A DNA stretch of 64,000 nt from Bacteriovoracaceae bacterium (GTDB lineage Bacteria; Bdellovibrionota; Bacteriovoracia; Bacteriovoracales; Bacteriovoracaceae), in contig OZ244226.1 of assembly GCA_965217035.1 (NCBI GenBank), forward strand, positions 2,896,146 to 2,960,145, read 5' to 3'. The notes under the pieces are model-generated. The model was not told the DNA's origin. It searched no databases and saw only the letters and a program-made list of their open reading frames with translations. Shown one piece after another: positions 1 to 8,333 of this stretch. Made by a program: the position numbers and the translations under genes. How positions within the stretch are numbered: position 1 is the stretch's first letter; every line of letters begins with the position of its first letter.

Positions 1-696
1 TGGAGTTGTATGACAAGCAGATGGATTATTCCAAGTCCACTCTTGAGTTTGACCATAGCTGTGTGTAAGTGTGAAACCTAAACCACCACATGTCTTCGTA
101 TCATTTTTGATTCTTGCAGGTGGTTCAAAACTTGCTGCACCATTGATGATTTTGTAAGATTTACTGTTTCCATGGAAGTAAAGGCGCTTACATTCATAAG
201 CGTTAGAAAAAACAAGTCTTACGATTTCTCTTCCGTTAACATACTGAGAAGTTAACTTAACTCTTGCATTACCACCACAAAATGAAACGCGCTTGCTATC
301 AACTGTAACCGGAGATGTTTTAATCGGCTTTGGATGAGTTGGTTTTGGGTAAGTTGGTTTCGGATTCGAAATCTTGTAATTTCTGTAAAGCTTTGAACGA
401 CCTTCAACGTGCTTTCCATTTCCTCTATAGTTTAAGATCTTAACAACAACTTGCTTGTCATTAGGAACGCTGTAAACAGTTTTAGAAAGACTACCTGATC
501 GTGTTTTCGCATCAAACTTAAATTTTCCTTTAGTGTTTGCACTTGCAACATAAAAATTAACAGTGTGAGTTCCACCCTTTACACCATCGATAATAACTTT
601 AATTTGATTTCCTCTAAGCGCCTTGAACTTGATATTCTGAGCGAAAGCAGGAATTGTAAGACTTGCAATAAAAATCGCATAAAATAGATTTCTCAT
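1..696 (-). CDS. Secreted hypothetical protein, runs off the window start (partial, >=232 aa)
   Basis: Not in the ORF track. Hand translation from ATG at 696: MRNLFYAIFIASLTIPAFAQNIKFKALRG... (Sec signal ending AFA), open to base 1, with a Pro-rich linker PKPTYPKPTHPKP. SD AGGGGAG at 701-707. Confidence 0.85.
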   Translation of the reverse strand, partial: MRNLFYAIFIASLTIPAFAQNIKFKALRGNQIKVIIDGVKGGTHTVNFYVASANTKGKFKFDAKTRSGSLSKTVYSVPNDKQVVVKILNYRGNGKHVEGRSKLYRNYKISNPKPTYPKPTHPKPIKTSPVTVDSKRVSFCGGNARVKLTSQYVNGREIVRLVFSNAYECKRLYFHGNSKSYKIINGAASFEPPARIKNDTKTCGGLGFTLTHSYGQTQEWTWNNPSACHTTP

Positions 697-737
697 AATT
701 CTCCCCTGGGTTTGAGTGTTAGTTTTTATTTTGATGC

Positions 738-766
738 AACATACCACCTTGTTATTTTAGCTTCAA
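738..766 (-). promoter_or_regulatory. Sigma70-type promoter for the gene starting at 696
   Basis: TTGAAG-17 nt-TATGTT with TG extension on the minus strand. Confidence 0.5.
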
Positions 767-841
767 TAAGACCTATAAACCTTACAGGTTTTCAAGAAGG
801 TAGATAATTATCTAATTGAAATTAGAGAGGTTTTTGAAGTG

Positions 842-866
842 AAAATGGCCTCCATAGAGAAGGCCT
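842..866 (-). terminator. Intrinsic terminator after the secreted-protein array
   Basis: Minus strand GGCCUUC-UCUAU-GGAGGCC hairpin followed by AUUUUC, about 25 nt after the stop at 891. Confidence 0.65.
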
Positions 867-890
867 AATTCTTATTTAATCTTGAGAGTC

Positions 891-1289
891 TCAAAAATTG
901 AGTATTCCGGCCCTGATAATAGTTTTTACATATTTATCATCAACAATTTCGAGTCTATCTCGTCCAAGGGGAATATCGCATTGTTCAATATCAACCAGAA
1001 CATAACCCATGACCGTACTTCTTTTTCTCTCTTTCTCTTTTTTTATTTTTAAAGTGTAGAGAGAGATAGCATGCTTTAGTCCTCCTGCTTCAAAATCATC
1101 CTTGATAACACTCAAGGAAACTTCAAGAGTTTTTTTATAAATTTTTTTTGTCGCTGTTTCTAAAATTGGATAAAGCTTTTCTTCTATGTGTTTTTTAACA
1201 ACAAGGTTTATTTTCTCTTCTGTGCAAATCTCATTAGAGATCGAATTAAGGCTAAAAAGTAGTGTTATAAGAGTTATTAAAATTTTCAT
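891..1289 (-). CDS. Small secreted 2-Cys protein (array paralog 3)
   Basis: Signal peptide; SNEICTEE ... VDIEQC; clearly similar to 1291..1728. Confidence 0.85.
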   Translation of the reverse strand: MKILITLITLLFSLNSISNEICTEEKINLVVKKHIEEKLYPILETATKKIYKKTLEVSLSVIKDDFEAGGLKHAISLYTLKIKKEKERKRSTVMGYVLVDIEQCDIPLGRDRLEIVDDKYVKTIIRAGILNF

Positions 1290-1290
1290 T

Positions 1291-1728
1291 TTATTCCTTT
1301 TCTTTGAGATCTTTTGCTTTATAGACTTCTTTGGTTGAAACCCCTGGTCTAATAGCGAGTTTCATTAACTCGTCAGTAATCATCTCATAATCTCCGTCTC
1401 CGTAGGGGAGATTACAAGTTTCTAAATCGATGATTGTATATCCTAAATAATCTCTTTTCTTTTTTTCTTCCTTTTCTTTTAACTTGAAAGAATAGAGCCC
1501 AACAGCATAGCGCACTCTTTCGTCTTCTATATCTCCGGAAATTACTGCCAAACTTATCTTTAATGAGTTTTTGTAGATTTTTTTAATCGTACCCATCTTC
1601 ATCATAGCTGGGAAGAGCATTTGCTCAATATTTTCTTTGATGAATTTGTTGGCCTTCTCTTGTGTACAATTATTTGAAAAAGTATTTATGCTTGTAATTA
1701 AAGTGAGTGTTAAAATTAAACTTTTCAT
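1291..1728 (-). CDS. Small secreted 2-Cys protein (array paralog 2)
   Basis: Start moved to ATG 1728 (MKSLILTL; SD GGAGG; TAATG overlap with the upstream stop). SNNCTQE ... IDLETC. Confidence 0.85.
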   Translation of the reverse strand: MKSLILTLTLITSINTFSNNCTQEKANKFIKENIEQMLFPAMMKMGTIKKIYKNSLKISLAVISGDIEDERVRYAVGLYSFKLKEKEEKKKRDYLGYTIIDLETCNLPYGDGDYEMITDELMKLAIRPGVSTKEVYKAKDLKEKE

Positions 1729-2264
1729 TATTCCTCCGTTTCTTCTTTTTCTAGGTCGCAAATGAGAGAGAGCTCGGTCGCTGTTTTCTTTCCATTGAAG
1801 TCCACCATCGTAGTATCTGTGATTGATCCTTCCTTATAATTTGCTCTTGAGTTGAAGAGAACTTTAGATTTCAAATCTTTGCCGATCTTCCAAACACCAA
1901 GCATATCCATCCACTCAATGAAATTACCGCTTCCGTCAAAAATTTCATCTGTACTGACTACAAAAGTAATAAATCCATCTAGAGAGCCAAATCTTTGTTG
2001 AGCTGATTTAAAAAAGGTTTCTCGCTCAGTTTTTATTTCGTGGAATGTTCTCTTATGCCAATTGTGATTGATTTGCTGTGATATTGTTCTGGTTCCATCT
2101 GTGATAATAAAGAGATTGTTGTAGTCTGAAACATCAGCTTTTATTTCATAGATAAATTCGACACGACTTTCTTTATTTAACCATTTTTGTAAATTACACT
2201 CAATTTTTCGAGCATAAAGAGTAGAAATATTTAATAAAGTTATTAAAATGATGGTATTGTTCAT
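1728..2264 (-). CDS. Secreted hypothetical protein
   Basis: 178-aa ORF with signal peptide and one Cys near each end; tightly packed in the operon. Confidence 0.8.
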   Translation of the reverse strand: MNNTIILITLLNISTLYARKIECNLQKWLNKESRVEFIYEIKADVSDYNNLFIITDGTRTISQQINHNWHKRTFHEIKTERETFFKSAQQRFGSLDGFITFVVSTDEIFDGSGNFIEWMDMLGVWKIGKDLKSKVLFNSRANYKEGSITDTTMVDFNGKKTATELSLICDLEKEETEE

Positions 2265-2267
2265 AGC

Positions 2268-2654
2268 TTACTTCTCAACTTCTTCTTTGATAGCATGAAT
2301 ATTTTTCATTTTTCCTAGAGATATGACAGAATGACCTCCTCGCCATTTAACAAGTTTGCAAGTTTCCTTATTAAGGATCATGATCCCATGGATTAATTCA
2401 CCTTTGAGGAAAGCATTTTTGTCTGGGATTTCGAGTAAGTTTACACCTTCAATGATAAAGATATATTCATTGATTCCATCCTCTCTAGTACTACTGAAAA
2501 TACTACGAAGAAGAACCATCTCCGCACTTTTGTCATTGATGTCATTAACCTTTGCTTTTACAACTTTTGTTGCTTCTTCGATTGTACATTCCTCATTCGA
2601 GTAGACCGAGTTTAAGGCACTCAATAAGCCTAATAATAAAATAATTGATTTCAT
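2268..2654 (-). CDS. Small secreted 2-Cys protein (array paralog 1, more divergent)
   Basis: Start at ATG 2654 (MKSIILLLGLL; SD GGAGG). SNEECTIEEA ... LNKETC. Confidence 0.8.
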   Translation of the reverse strand: MKSIILLLGLLSALNSVYSNEECTIEEATKVVKAKVNDINDKSAEMVLLRSIFSSTREDGINEYIFIIEGVNLLEIPDKNAFLKGELIHGIMILNKETCKLVKWRGGHSVISLGKMKNIHAIKEEVEK

Positions 2655-2684
2655 TTCTCCCTCCAGGTTGTATTTAATGCGTGA

Positions 2685-2713
2685 AAAATAGCATTGAGAA
2701 AAGAGAGGAACAA
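2685..2713 (-). promoter_or_regulatory. Sigma70-type promoter of the secreted array
   Basis: TTGTTC-17 nt-TATTTT with TG extension. Confidence 0.45.
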
Positions 2714-2727
2714 TGATTTTGAACAAT

Positions 2728-2751
2728 TAGCGTGACAAGGATGTCACGCTA
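2728..2751. promoter_or_regulatory. Perfect inverted repeat (operator/activator site or weak terminator)
   Basis: TAGCGTGACA-AGGA-TGTCACGCTA: 10-bp arms, no U-tract on the minus strand. Confidence 0.55.
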
Positions 2752-2773
2752 TTAAAGTCGATATTTATAAGAT

Positions 2774-3889
2774 TTATTCTTTAATTTTTATTCGATCAAA
2801 AAAGGCATATTCTAAGACTCTACTATCGAAAGGACCAGAGTAATGAATATGACGGCAGATGAGTTTATTTTCATCAATCATTTTGCAACTGAATGGTGAA
2901 ATCTTTTGACCATCCATGTTAACAGGGAAAGTCGGTTTGAAGTATTTTTTAACTTTTTTCTTCCACTTTGGATGATATTTTTCATCACCATCCCATTGGC
3001 ATTCAAAAACTCCTTGATTGATTTGACCTCTAAAGCAAAAACCTTCCTTTATATGGGCCGTCACTTCTCCCCACATATTAATTTCGTATTCGTGAGTGTA
3101 TTCTTCAACCCAAACAGGAACAACAGAATCTGTGTTGAAGTCTTTATTTTGATCATTATAATTAAGGTTTATTTTAACGACGAGCTTTTCTCCTGAAGAC
3201 AAACTCTTTGCATCGTCTCTAAAAATAGCTTTTCTCGGTCTTACAATAGTTTTCTTCCCCCAATTTCCTATAAATTCTTTTGGAGTTGATTTTGGAAGCA
3301 TAAAGTACAAGTCATTGAGAATTTTAAAATAACGTTTGATATCTTTACTAGTTTTATAGGAGTTGAAAATATCAATAGAGTTGATTTGTGTGCTTAATAA
3401 ATGATTTGCAACTTCTATACCTGCCAAACCTAGGATTTCGTGAAAAGAATGCTTCTTCTTTTTGAGAGATGTCATCTGTATCCATCGATCTTTTTTATCT
3501 CTTGAATCGATAAGAATGATATTCTCTTCAGGGTAATTCTTTGAAGCATATCCAGGTTTACAATCTGTTCTCGAATCATCAAAGCAAAGCTGAAATTCAA
3601 CAGTAAAAATTCGAGTTTTAGAAAAAATATTTTTAATTTTTAAATAATCTTTTTCTGAAATAACTTTACTAAACTTTGCAATTTCTAATGCAATAAGAGC
3701 TTGTTCAAAAAATTCAGCAATGATTTCATTGCCTCCACCATTTCCAGCTCCTCCACTATCAGAAGCTGCTTTAATTTGAGCAAGAAAGATTTTAGCATTC
3801 ATTTCCTGTTTTTTTGATTTCTCTTCAATCTCTTGAGTGAGTCCAATATGAGTAAAAAAAATAAAAATTAAAATAAGCAGACGACTCAC
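2774..3889 (-). CDS. Secreted 'GNGG' protein with HE motif
   Basis: Signal peptide, SGGAGNGGG motif, FHEILGLAGIE. GTGA overlap with the upstream gene. Confidence 0.85.
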   Translation of the reverse strand: MSRLLILIFIFFTHIGLTQEIEEKSKKQEMNAKIFLAQIKAASDSGGAGNGGGNEIIAEFFEQALIALEIAKFSKVISEKDYLKIKNIFSKTRIFTVEFQLCFDDSRTDCKPGYASKNYPEENIILIDSRDKKDRWIQMTSLKKKKHSFHEILGLAGIEVANHLLSTQINSIDIFNSYKTSKDIKRYFKILNDLYFMLPKSTPKEFIGNWGKKTIVRPRKAIFRDDAKSLSSGEKLVVKINLNYNDQNKDFNTDSVVPVWVEEYTHEYEINMWGEVTAHIKEGFCFRGQINQGVFECQWDGDEKYHPKWKKKVKKYFKPTFPVNMDGQKISPFSCKMIDENKLICRHIHYSGPFDSRVLEYAFFDRIKIKE

Positions 3890-4743
3890 TTCAGTTCTCC
3901 TATTTTAGCTTGTGCAAAAAGATTGATATTGAATTGATAGACAGAATCAGCTTGATTATTAGTTGTGTCATAAGTTGAAATGAGCTCTTGAGAAAAATCT
4001 CTGATTTTCTTTTTGATATTAGGAAGTTCAGACATTTTTATAGGAAGAATGTAAGATCCAAACTCTCTTTCATGAATTTCTTGTTGATAAACGGCATTCA
4101 TTGCATTTTTTAAAGCTATTTCATGAAACTTTTTAATCCAGACAGAACTCACATCATGAATTGAGGATAAATGTTGTTCTGATTTTGATATTTTACCGTC
4201 TTGATCTTTCTCTAAAAAACCTTTTTCGAAGAGGTCTTCATAAATAGCAATGATTCTCTCTTCATCAATTGGAAGAATGAGTTTGGCCTTAATCCAAGCT
4301 GGATCAAGTCTAAAATCTCTGAGCTCAACTAACTCGAGCATCAAAATCTTTAAGTTATCGTAGAAGAATTCAAACTCTTCAGCATCAACCCATTTTCGTT
4401 GAAGATTAGCTTCGCTGAAAAGTTTTTGCGCCTTTTGAAGCCAAATGTTTCGGACATCATCATGTTTTGCATTAGTAAACTCAACAATCGATAAGAAATA
4501 TTCGGATTCTTTTTCATTCAGTTTTAAATAATTACTAAAAGCTTGAACGTAATGACTCGGGATAGATCGTTTCCTTTTAAGAATTTGAGAAATAGGTGTC
4601 GCCTCTCCGAATCCAAGTTGATTGGCCCAAGATCGCAGAGAAAAATATTTTCGATTGATTTTTAGATAGTCATAAATTTGATTGAGATATTCAATTGGAT
4701 CAAGATAATTGAAGACATTGATTGGAATTTTGGGAGAACTCAT
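3886..4743 (-). CDS. TIGR02147/DUF4423-family protein (N-terminal HTH, probable regulator)
   Basis: FSLRSWANQLGF..ISQILKRKR HTH-like N-terminus; IKKFH, EREF and VYQFNINLF C-terminal signature. Confidence 0.85.
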   Translation of the reverse strand: MSSPKIPINVFNYLDPIEYLNQIYDYLKINRKYFSLRSWANQLGFGEATPISQILKRKRSIPSHYVQAFSNYLKLNEKESEYFLSIVEFTNAKHDDVRNIWLQKAQKLFSEANLQRKWVDAEEFEFFYDNLKILMLELVELRDFRLDPAWIKAKLILPIDEERIIAIYEDLFEKGFLEKDQDGKISKSEQHLSSIHDVSSVWIKKFHEIALKNAMNAVYQQEIHEREFGSYILPIKMSELPNIKKKIRDFSQELISTYDTTNNQADSVYQFNINLFAQAKIGELK

Positions 4744-5335
4744 TCTTCCTCCGACTCAATGTCGAAATCAACTATTTTATATTGGCCTCGATTGATCCTC
4801 TTTTTGAGACGGCTAATTGATCCCGTATTATTACAAAGACTTCCATCTATGTTGCCAATTGAAACTGTGTAAGCAAGGTCCTCTAAAGAAGCTTGACTAC
4901 CTGCTTTTCTTATCTTTTTATAAAGTCTCTTTAATTGTTTTCCGACTTTCTTCGAAGTGTCTTTCAAATACTCATTAGATTGATCAATAAGAGAGATCAT
5001 ATTCTTGATTCCCTTTCTTTTGATGCCCCTGGCGACAAAGTGAATAACAAGGTAAGTTCCCAGCGCAGTTCCAACAAAAGCTCCTAATTGGGCGAGTGAG
5101 ATTAAAGCTCCTGAGCTTTCAATAGAACGAGCAACAAAAAAGCCAGCAGTAATAGGAATAATTTGATGATCACGCCCTAGTTTTTTCCCTTGTTTTAATT
5201 CGTATTCTCCTTCAGAGTTCTCTTGGACGGTCAGACTGGTAGAAGGGTTAAGAAATGCTTGATATAAAGATCTGCAATCAGACTGAGCTAAGGCCTGGTT
5301 GTTAATAAAGTAAGGAATTAGAAGTAATAGAATTA

Positions 5336-6211
5336 GGGCGTGTTTTCAAAGTTTACTCCACATAAGAATCGCTCCCAGTAAAACCATGGTCATATAGTTT
5401 CGAGCAAGCTTTTCAAATCTCATTGCAATCGACCTAAATTGCTTTAAGTTACAAAAAGAATTCTCGACAACATGTCTGTCTCTATAAAGTTCCTTGTCGT
5501 AAACAATCTCCTTCTTTCGACTTCTTCTTCCTGGAATAACAGGACTTACTCCTCTCGCTTCGAGTGACTTTCTGAACAAATCTGCATCATAACCTTTATC
5601 AGCAAGAAGTTGCTCGACTTGATCGGGTAACTCTTCAATAAATTCATACGCGGTATCAATGTCATGAATATTGCCTGGACTTAATTTAATGATCTCCGGA
5701 TTACCGTAGCTGTCTGTTAAAAGGTGAATCTTTGTTGTGGGACCACCTGAGCTTTTTCCTATCTTCTGATCACCATTTTTTTTCGAGCACCATGAGCATG
5801 TTGATGAGCTCGAACAATACTTGAATCCAAGGCAACGTTTTGCTTTGTTAACTTGTCTTTAATCAGAACAAAAACTTCTTGGAAGATTCCTGATTCTGAC
5901 CAACGATTAAAACGAGTGTAAACTGATTGCCAAGGACCAAACTCAACAGGGAGATCTCTCCAGGGACAACCGACTCTAAGCTTCCAAATCATTCCTTCAA
6001 GCATTGTTCGGTTACATTTTGAGGGACGAGCGCAGCGACCACGTTCAGCTGGTAAAAGAGGTTCTATTTTTTTCCACATAGTGTTTGTTAAAAATAATCG
6101 TTCTGTTGTTTTCATAGATCTATGAAAGTAGAATTATGATCAATGGCCAAGATAAATGACCTTAAAAGGCCTTACATTTTCTCAGACCCTTCTAACTTTG
6201 AAGACACGCCC
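5336..6211 (-). mobile_element. IS5-family (IS427-group) insertion sequence, 876 bp
   Basis: Terminal IRs GGGCGTGTTTTCAAAGTT and GGGCGTGTCTTCAAAGTT (17/18 match); TA duplication at 5334-5335 and 6212-6213; transposase inside. Confidence 0.95.
5346..6115 (-). CDS. IS5-family DDE transposase, OrfA/OrfB joined by a -1 frameshift
   Basis: OrfA has GCPWRDLP..FGPWQSVYTRFNRW and DSSIVRAHQ. A8 tract at 5776-5783. The -1 frame continues GKSSGGPTTKIH...HD...LADKGYD...RHVVENSF..LKQFR.IAMRFEK. Confidence 0.9.
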
Positions 6212-6430
6212 TAATCTTTTCATAGTTTTAATCTTCGGGTTTTTTGCAGATTATCATGTCATGAGCACGTGAGCTCCATAGAAATACTGATCTAGGACAA
6301 ATTACAAAAGAGACTGACTAAATATTAAACAGTTTTCCTTCTTGTCATACTTTTTACATAGCATAGAGCAGAAACTTGTAATTTTTATTGGAAGTTTAAA
6401 ATTATTCTATTTTATTGTTACACTTCTCGA

Positions 6431-6844
6431 ATGCGAACTTTATTTCTTGCGCTTACTCTATTTTCGAATCTTTCTCTTCTTGCAAATGAGAGGCAATGTT
6501 TTGAGGTTCATGAAGCTTCTTATAAACCGAGGAGGAACAGTCTTAATGATAGCTATCGAGTGATTCTAGTGAATAAAGAAGGTGATGGGTATCGTTTAGC
6601 TGATGCAAGAGTTGTAAGAAGAATTTTTCGCTTCCTTTACGATGAAGAATTTTCCATAATTAGATTCAAAAAAATGAAACAATCACTTTATAGTCTTAAT
6701 CAGCTTGAAATTGGTCCTGATGAAGCTGAAGGTGTTGTTGTATGTCTAAAGTCTATCGATATTTTAGAGCATGAAGTAGGGAGTCCGACTCTTCGAGAAG
6801 CAGAGGTTGTTTTTGTCACAAAAAGATCTACTTTTATCGATTAA
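6431..6844 (+). CDS. Secreted hypothetical protein
   Basis: Signal peptide; TG-n-TACACT 6 nt before the ATG (leaderless). Confidence 0.8.
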   Translation: MRTLFLALTLFSNLSLLANERQCFEVHEASYKPRRNSLNDSYRVILVNKEGDGYRLADARVVRRIFRFLYDEEFSIIRFKKMKQSLYSLNQLEIGPDEAEGVVVCLKSIDILEHEVGSPTLREAEVVFVTKRSTFID

Positions 6845-6975
6845 CTTTTCGATTTTCTTATCTCTATTCTATTTAATTTCAAACTCTCAAAGAATAAAAA
6901 TTGAGCATAATGTAGAATTCCTATTGCCCCTAAAGTTGCAAAAAAATACATGAATGTTTTGGCCCAGATTCCCAT
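6841..6975 (-). CDS. Small single-TM protein (44 aa, not in ORF track)
   Basis: MGIWAKTFMYFFATLGAIGILHYAQFLFFESLKLNRIEIRKSKS. TG-n-TAGACT 6 nt upstream; convergent TTAA stop overlap. Confidence 0.55.
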   Translation of the reverse strand: MGIWAKTFMYFFATLGAIGILHYAQFLFFESLKLNRIEIRKSKS

Positions 6976-7110
6976 GATTAAAGTCTAGCACTAAATAAAA
7001 TTTTGAAGTTTTTGCCCTATAAGATTTTTAGAAAAATCAACGATTTAGATAGGTTGAAGCCTGTAAATTCCTTCTACATTATATATAGAAACGAGAACAA
7101 ATTTTGGCAA

Positions 7111-8169
7111 TCAAAGAAATGAAAGCTGGTAAGGGTCTTCAGGAGGATCTTTATCAATAAGTTGGATTCCAACACCTAAAAGTCTTACGGGTTTTGCTTC
7201 TCGAGTAAACCCTTTTTCTATGAGTCTTTTTATATTCTCCATGGAGAGTTCTAGTCCAGATTCTGAGACAGTCGTTGTTTGAAAATCATGGAATTTTATC
7301 TTTACTTGAATTCCTTTGTAGTCATCTTTAGTGAGTTCCTTTTTTTGAAGGCGATTCATTAGTTCATCAAGCAAAGGTTCAAGCTTTTCATAACAAGCTT
7401 TCAAGTGAGGAAGATCTTCTGCATACGTATTTTCAACACTAAAGGTCTTGCGCTTCCTGGAAACTTTTACTTCTCGGTTATCAATTCCTCGAGAAAGTTC
7501 AAAAAGCTGCTTCCCAAATTTTCCCATCCAATCGTAGAGTTCTTTTTTAGAGTACTTTTGAAGATCTCCACAAGTCTTCACTCCCTTTTCATTGAGTTTT
7601 GCCGCAGTGACTTTCCCAACCCCAAAAATTTTGTTAACAGGAAGATTAATCATAAACTCTTCGATGTCCTCTGGATTAATTGTGAATTGTCCATTGGGTT
7701 TTTCCCAATCGCTTGCAATTTTAGCCAAAAACTTATTCGGAGCAATCCCAGCTGAAGCGGTTAGTTGAGTTCGTTCAAAAATTTTATTTCTAATTTCTTG
7801 GGCAATGAGAGTCGCGCTTCCATGGCATTGATGACAATTCGTGACATCAAGGAAAGCTTCATCGAGTGACAAAGGTTGGATCAGGTCGGTATATTCTTGA
7901 AAAATTTCTCTCACTTTTTGAGAATCTTCTCGATAGACATTAAAGCGAGAGGGCATGAGTATAAGATCAGGACAAAGCCTTAAGGCCGTGGTAGTAGGGA
8001 GTGCTGAACGGACACCATATTTTCTCGCCTCATAATTGGCAGTAGAAAGAACACCTCTTTCTTTGGCCGTTCCACCAACAGCAACAGGTTTCCCCTTAAG
8101 GTGAGGATGATCTCTGACTTCAGCGGCAGCAAAAAAACAGTCCATATCCACATGGATAATTTTTTTCAT
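7111..8169 (-). CDS. dinB: DNA polymerase IV (Y family)
   Basis: KIIHVDMDCFFA, STANYEARKYGVRS, SLDEAFLD, NKFLAKIASD and C-terminal clamp motif QLSFL. Start at 8169 (TATACT + 7 nt). Confidence 0.97.
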   Translation of the reverse strand: MKKIIHVDMDCFFAAAEVRDHPHLKGKPVAVGGTAKERGVLSTANYEARKYGVRSALPTTTALRLCPDLILMPSRFNVYREDSQKVREIFQEYTDLIQPLSLDEAFLDVTNCHQCHGSATLIAQEIRNKIFERTQLTASAGIAPNKFLAKIASDWEKPNGQFTINPEDIEEFMINLPVNKIFGVGKVTAAKLNEKGVKTCGDLQKYSKKELYDWMGKFGKQLFELSRGIDNREVKVSRKRKTFSVENTYAEDLPHLKACYEKLEPLLDELMNRLQKKELTKDDYKGIQVKIKFHDFQTTTVSESGLELSMENIKRLIEKGFTREAKPVRLLGVGIQLIDKDPPEDPYQLSFL

Positions 8170-8333
8170 CAGTTTTAGTATAGTAAATTGCACGGTTGCT
8201 GGCGAGTGATCTCTGTGCTCTTTTGATAATTTTGAGTAGGAAGCTGACAAAAGTCTTCTCTCCTAATTATATCCTTTCTTGCTTAGTTTTTGTGAGTCTA
8301 TCTCCGTGATATAATCAGAATGAGGAAGAAATC

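Larger units (their letters stand above)
4740..6223 (-). pseudogene. 201-aa secreted/membrane protein interrupted by an IS after codon 4
   Basis: Removing the IS and one TA joins ATG AAA AGA TTA (6223-6212) in frame to 5333..4740: MKRL|ILLLLIPYFINNQALAQSDC...GAFVGTALGTYLVIHF...MISLIDQ. The track ORF 4740..5000 is its C-terminus. Confidence 0.85.

Noticed and set aside
5171..5179. CACGCCCTA identical to the IS end plus TA (6205-6213)
   Set aside because: Only 9 bp, inside an intact reading frame, with no second IR; probably chance.
8170..8250. N-terminal extensions in the ORF track (dinB; likewise nrnA, hemE, infC, gspH, gspI, 27797, 34971, 50351)
   Set aside because: Family N-termini and promoter/SD positions point to downstream starts.
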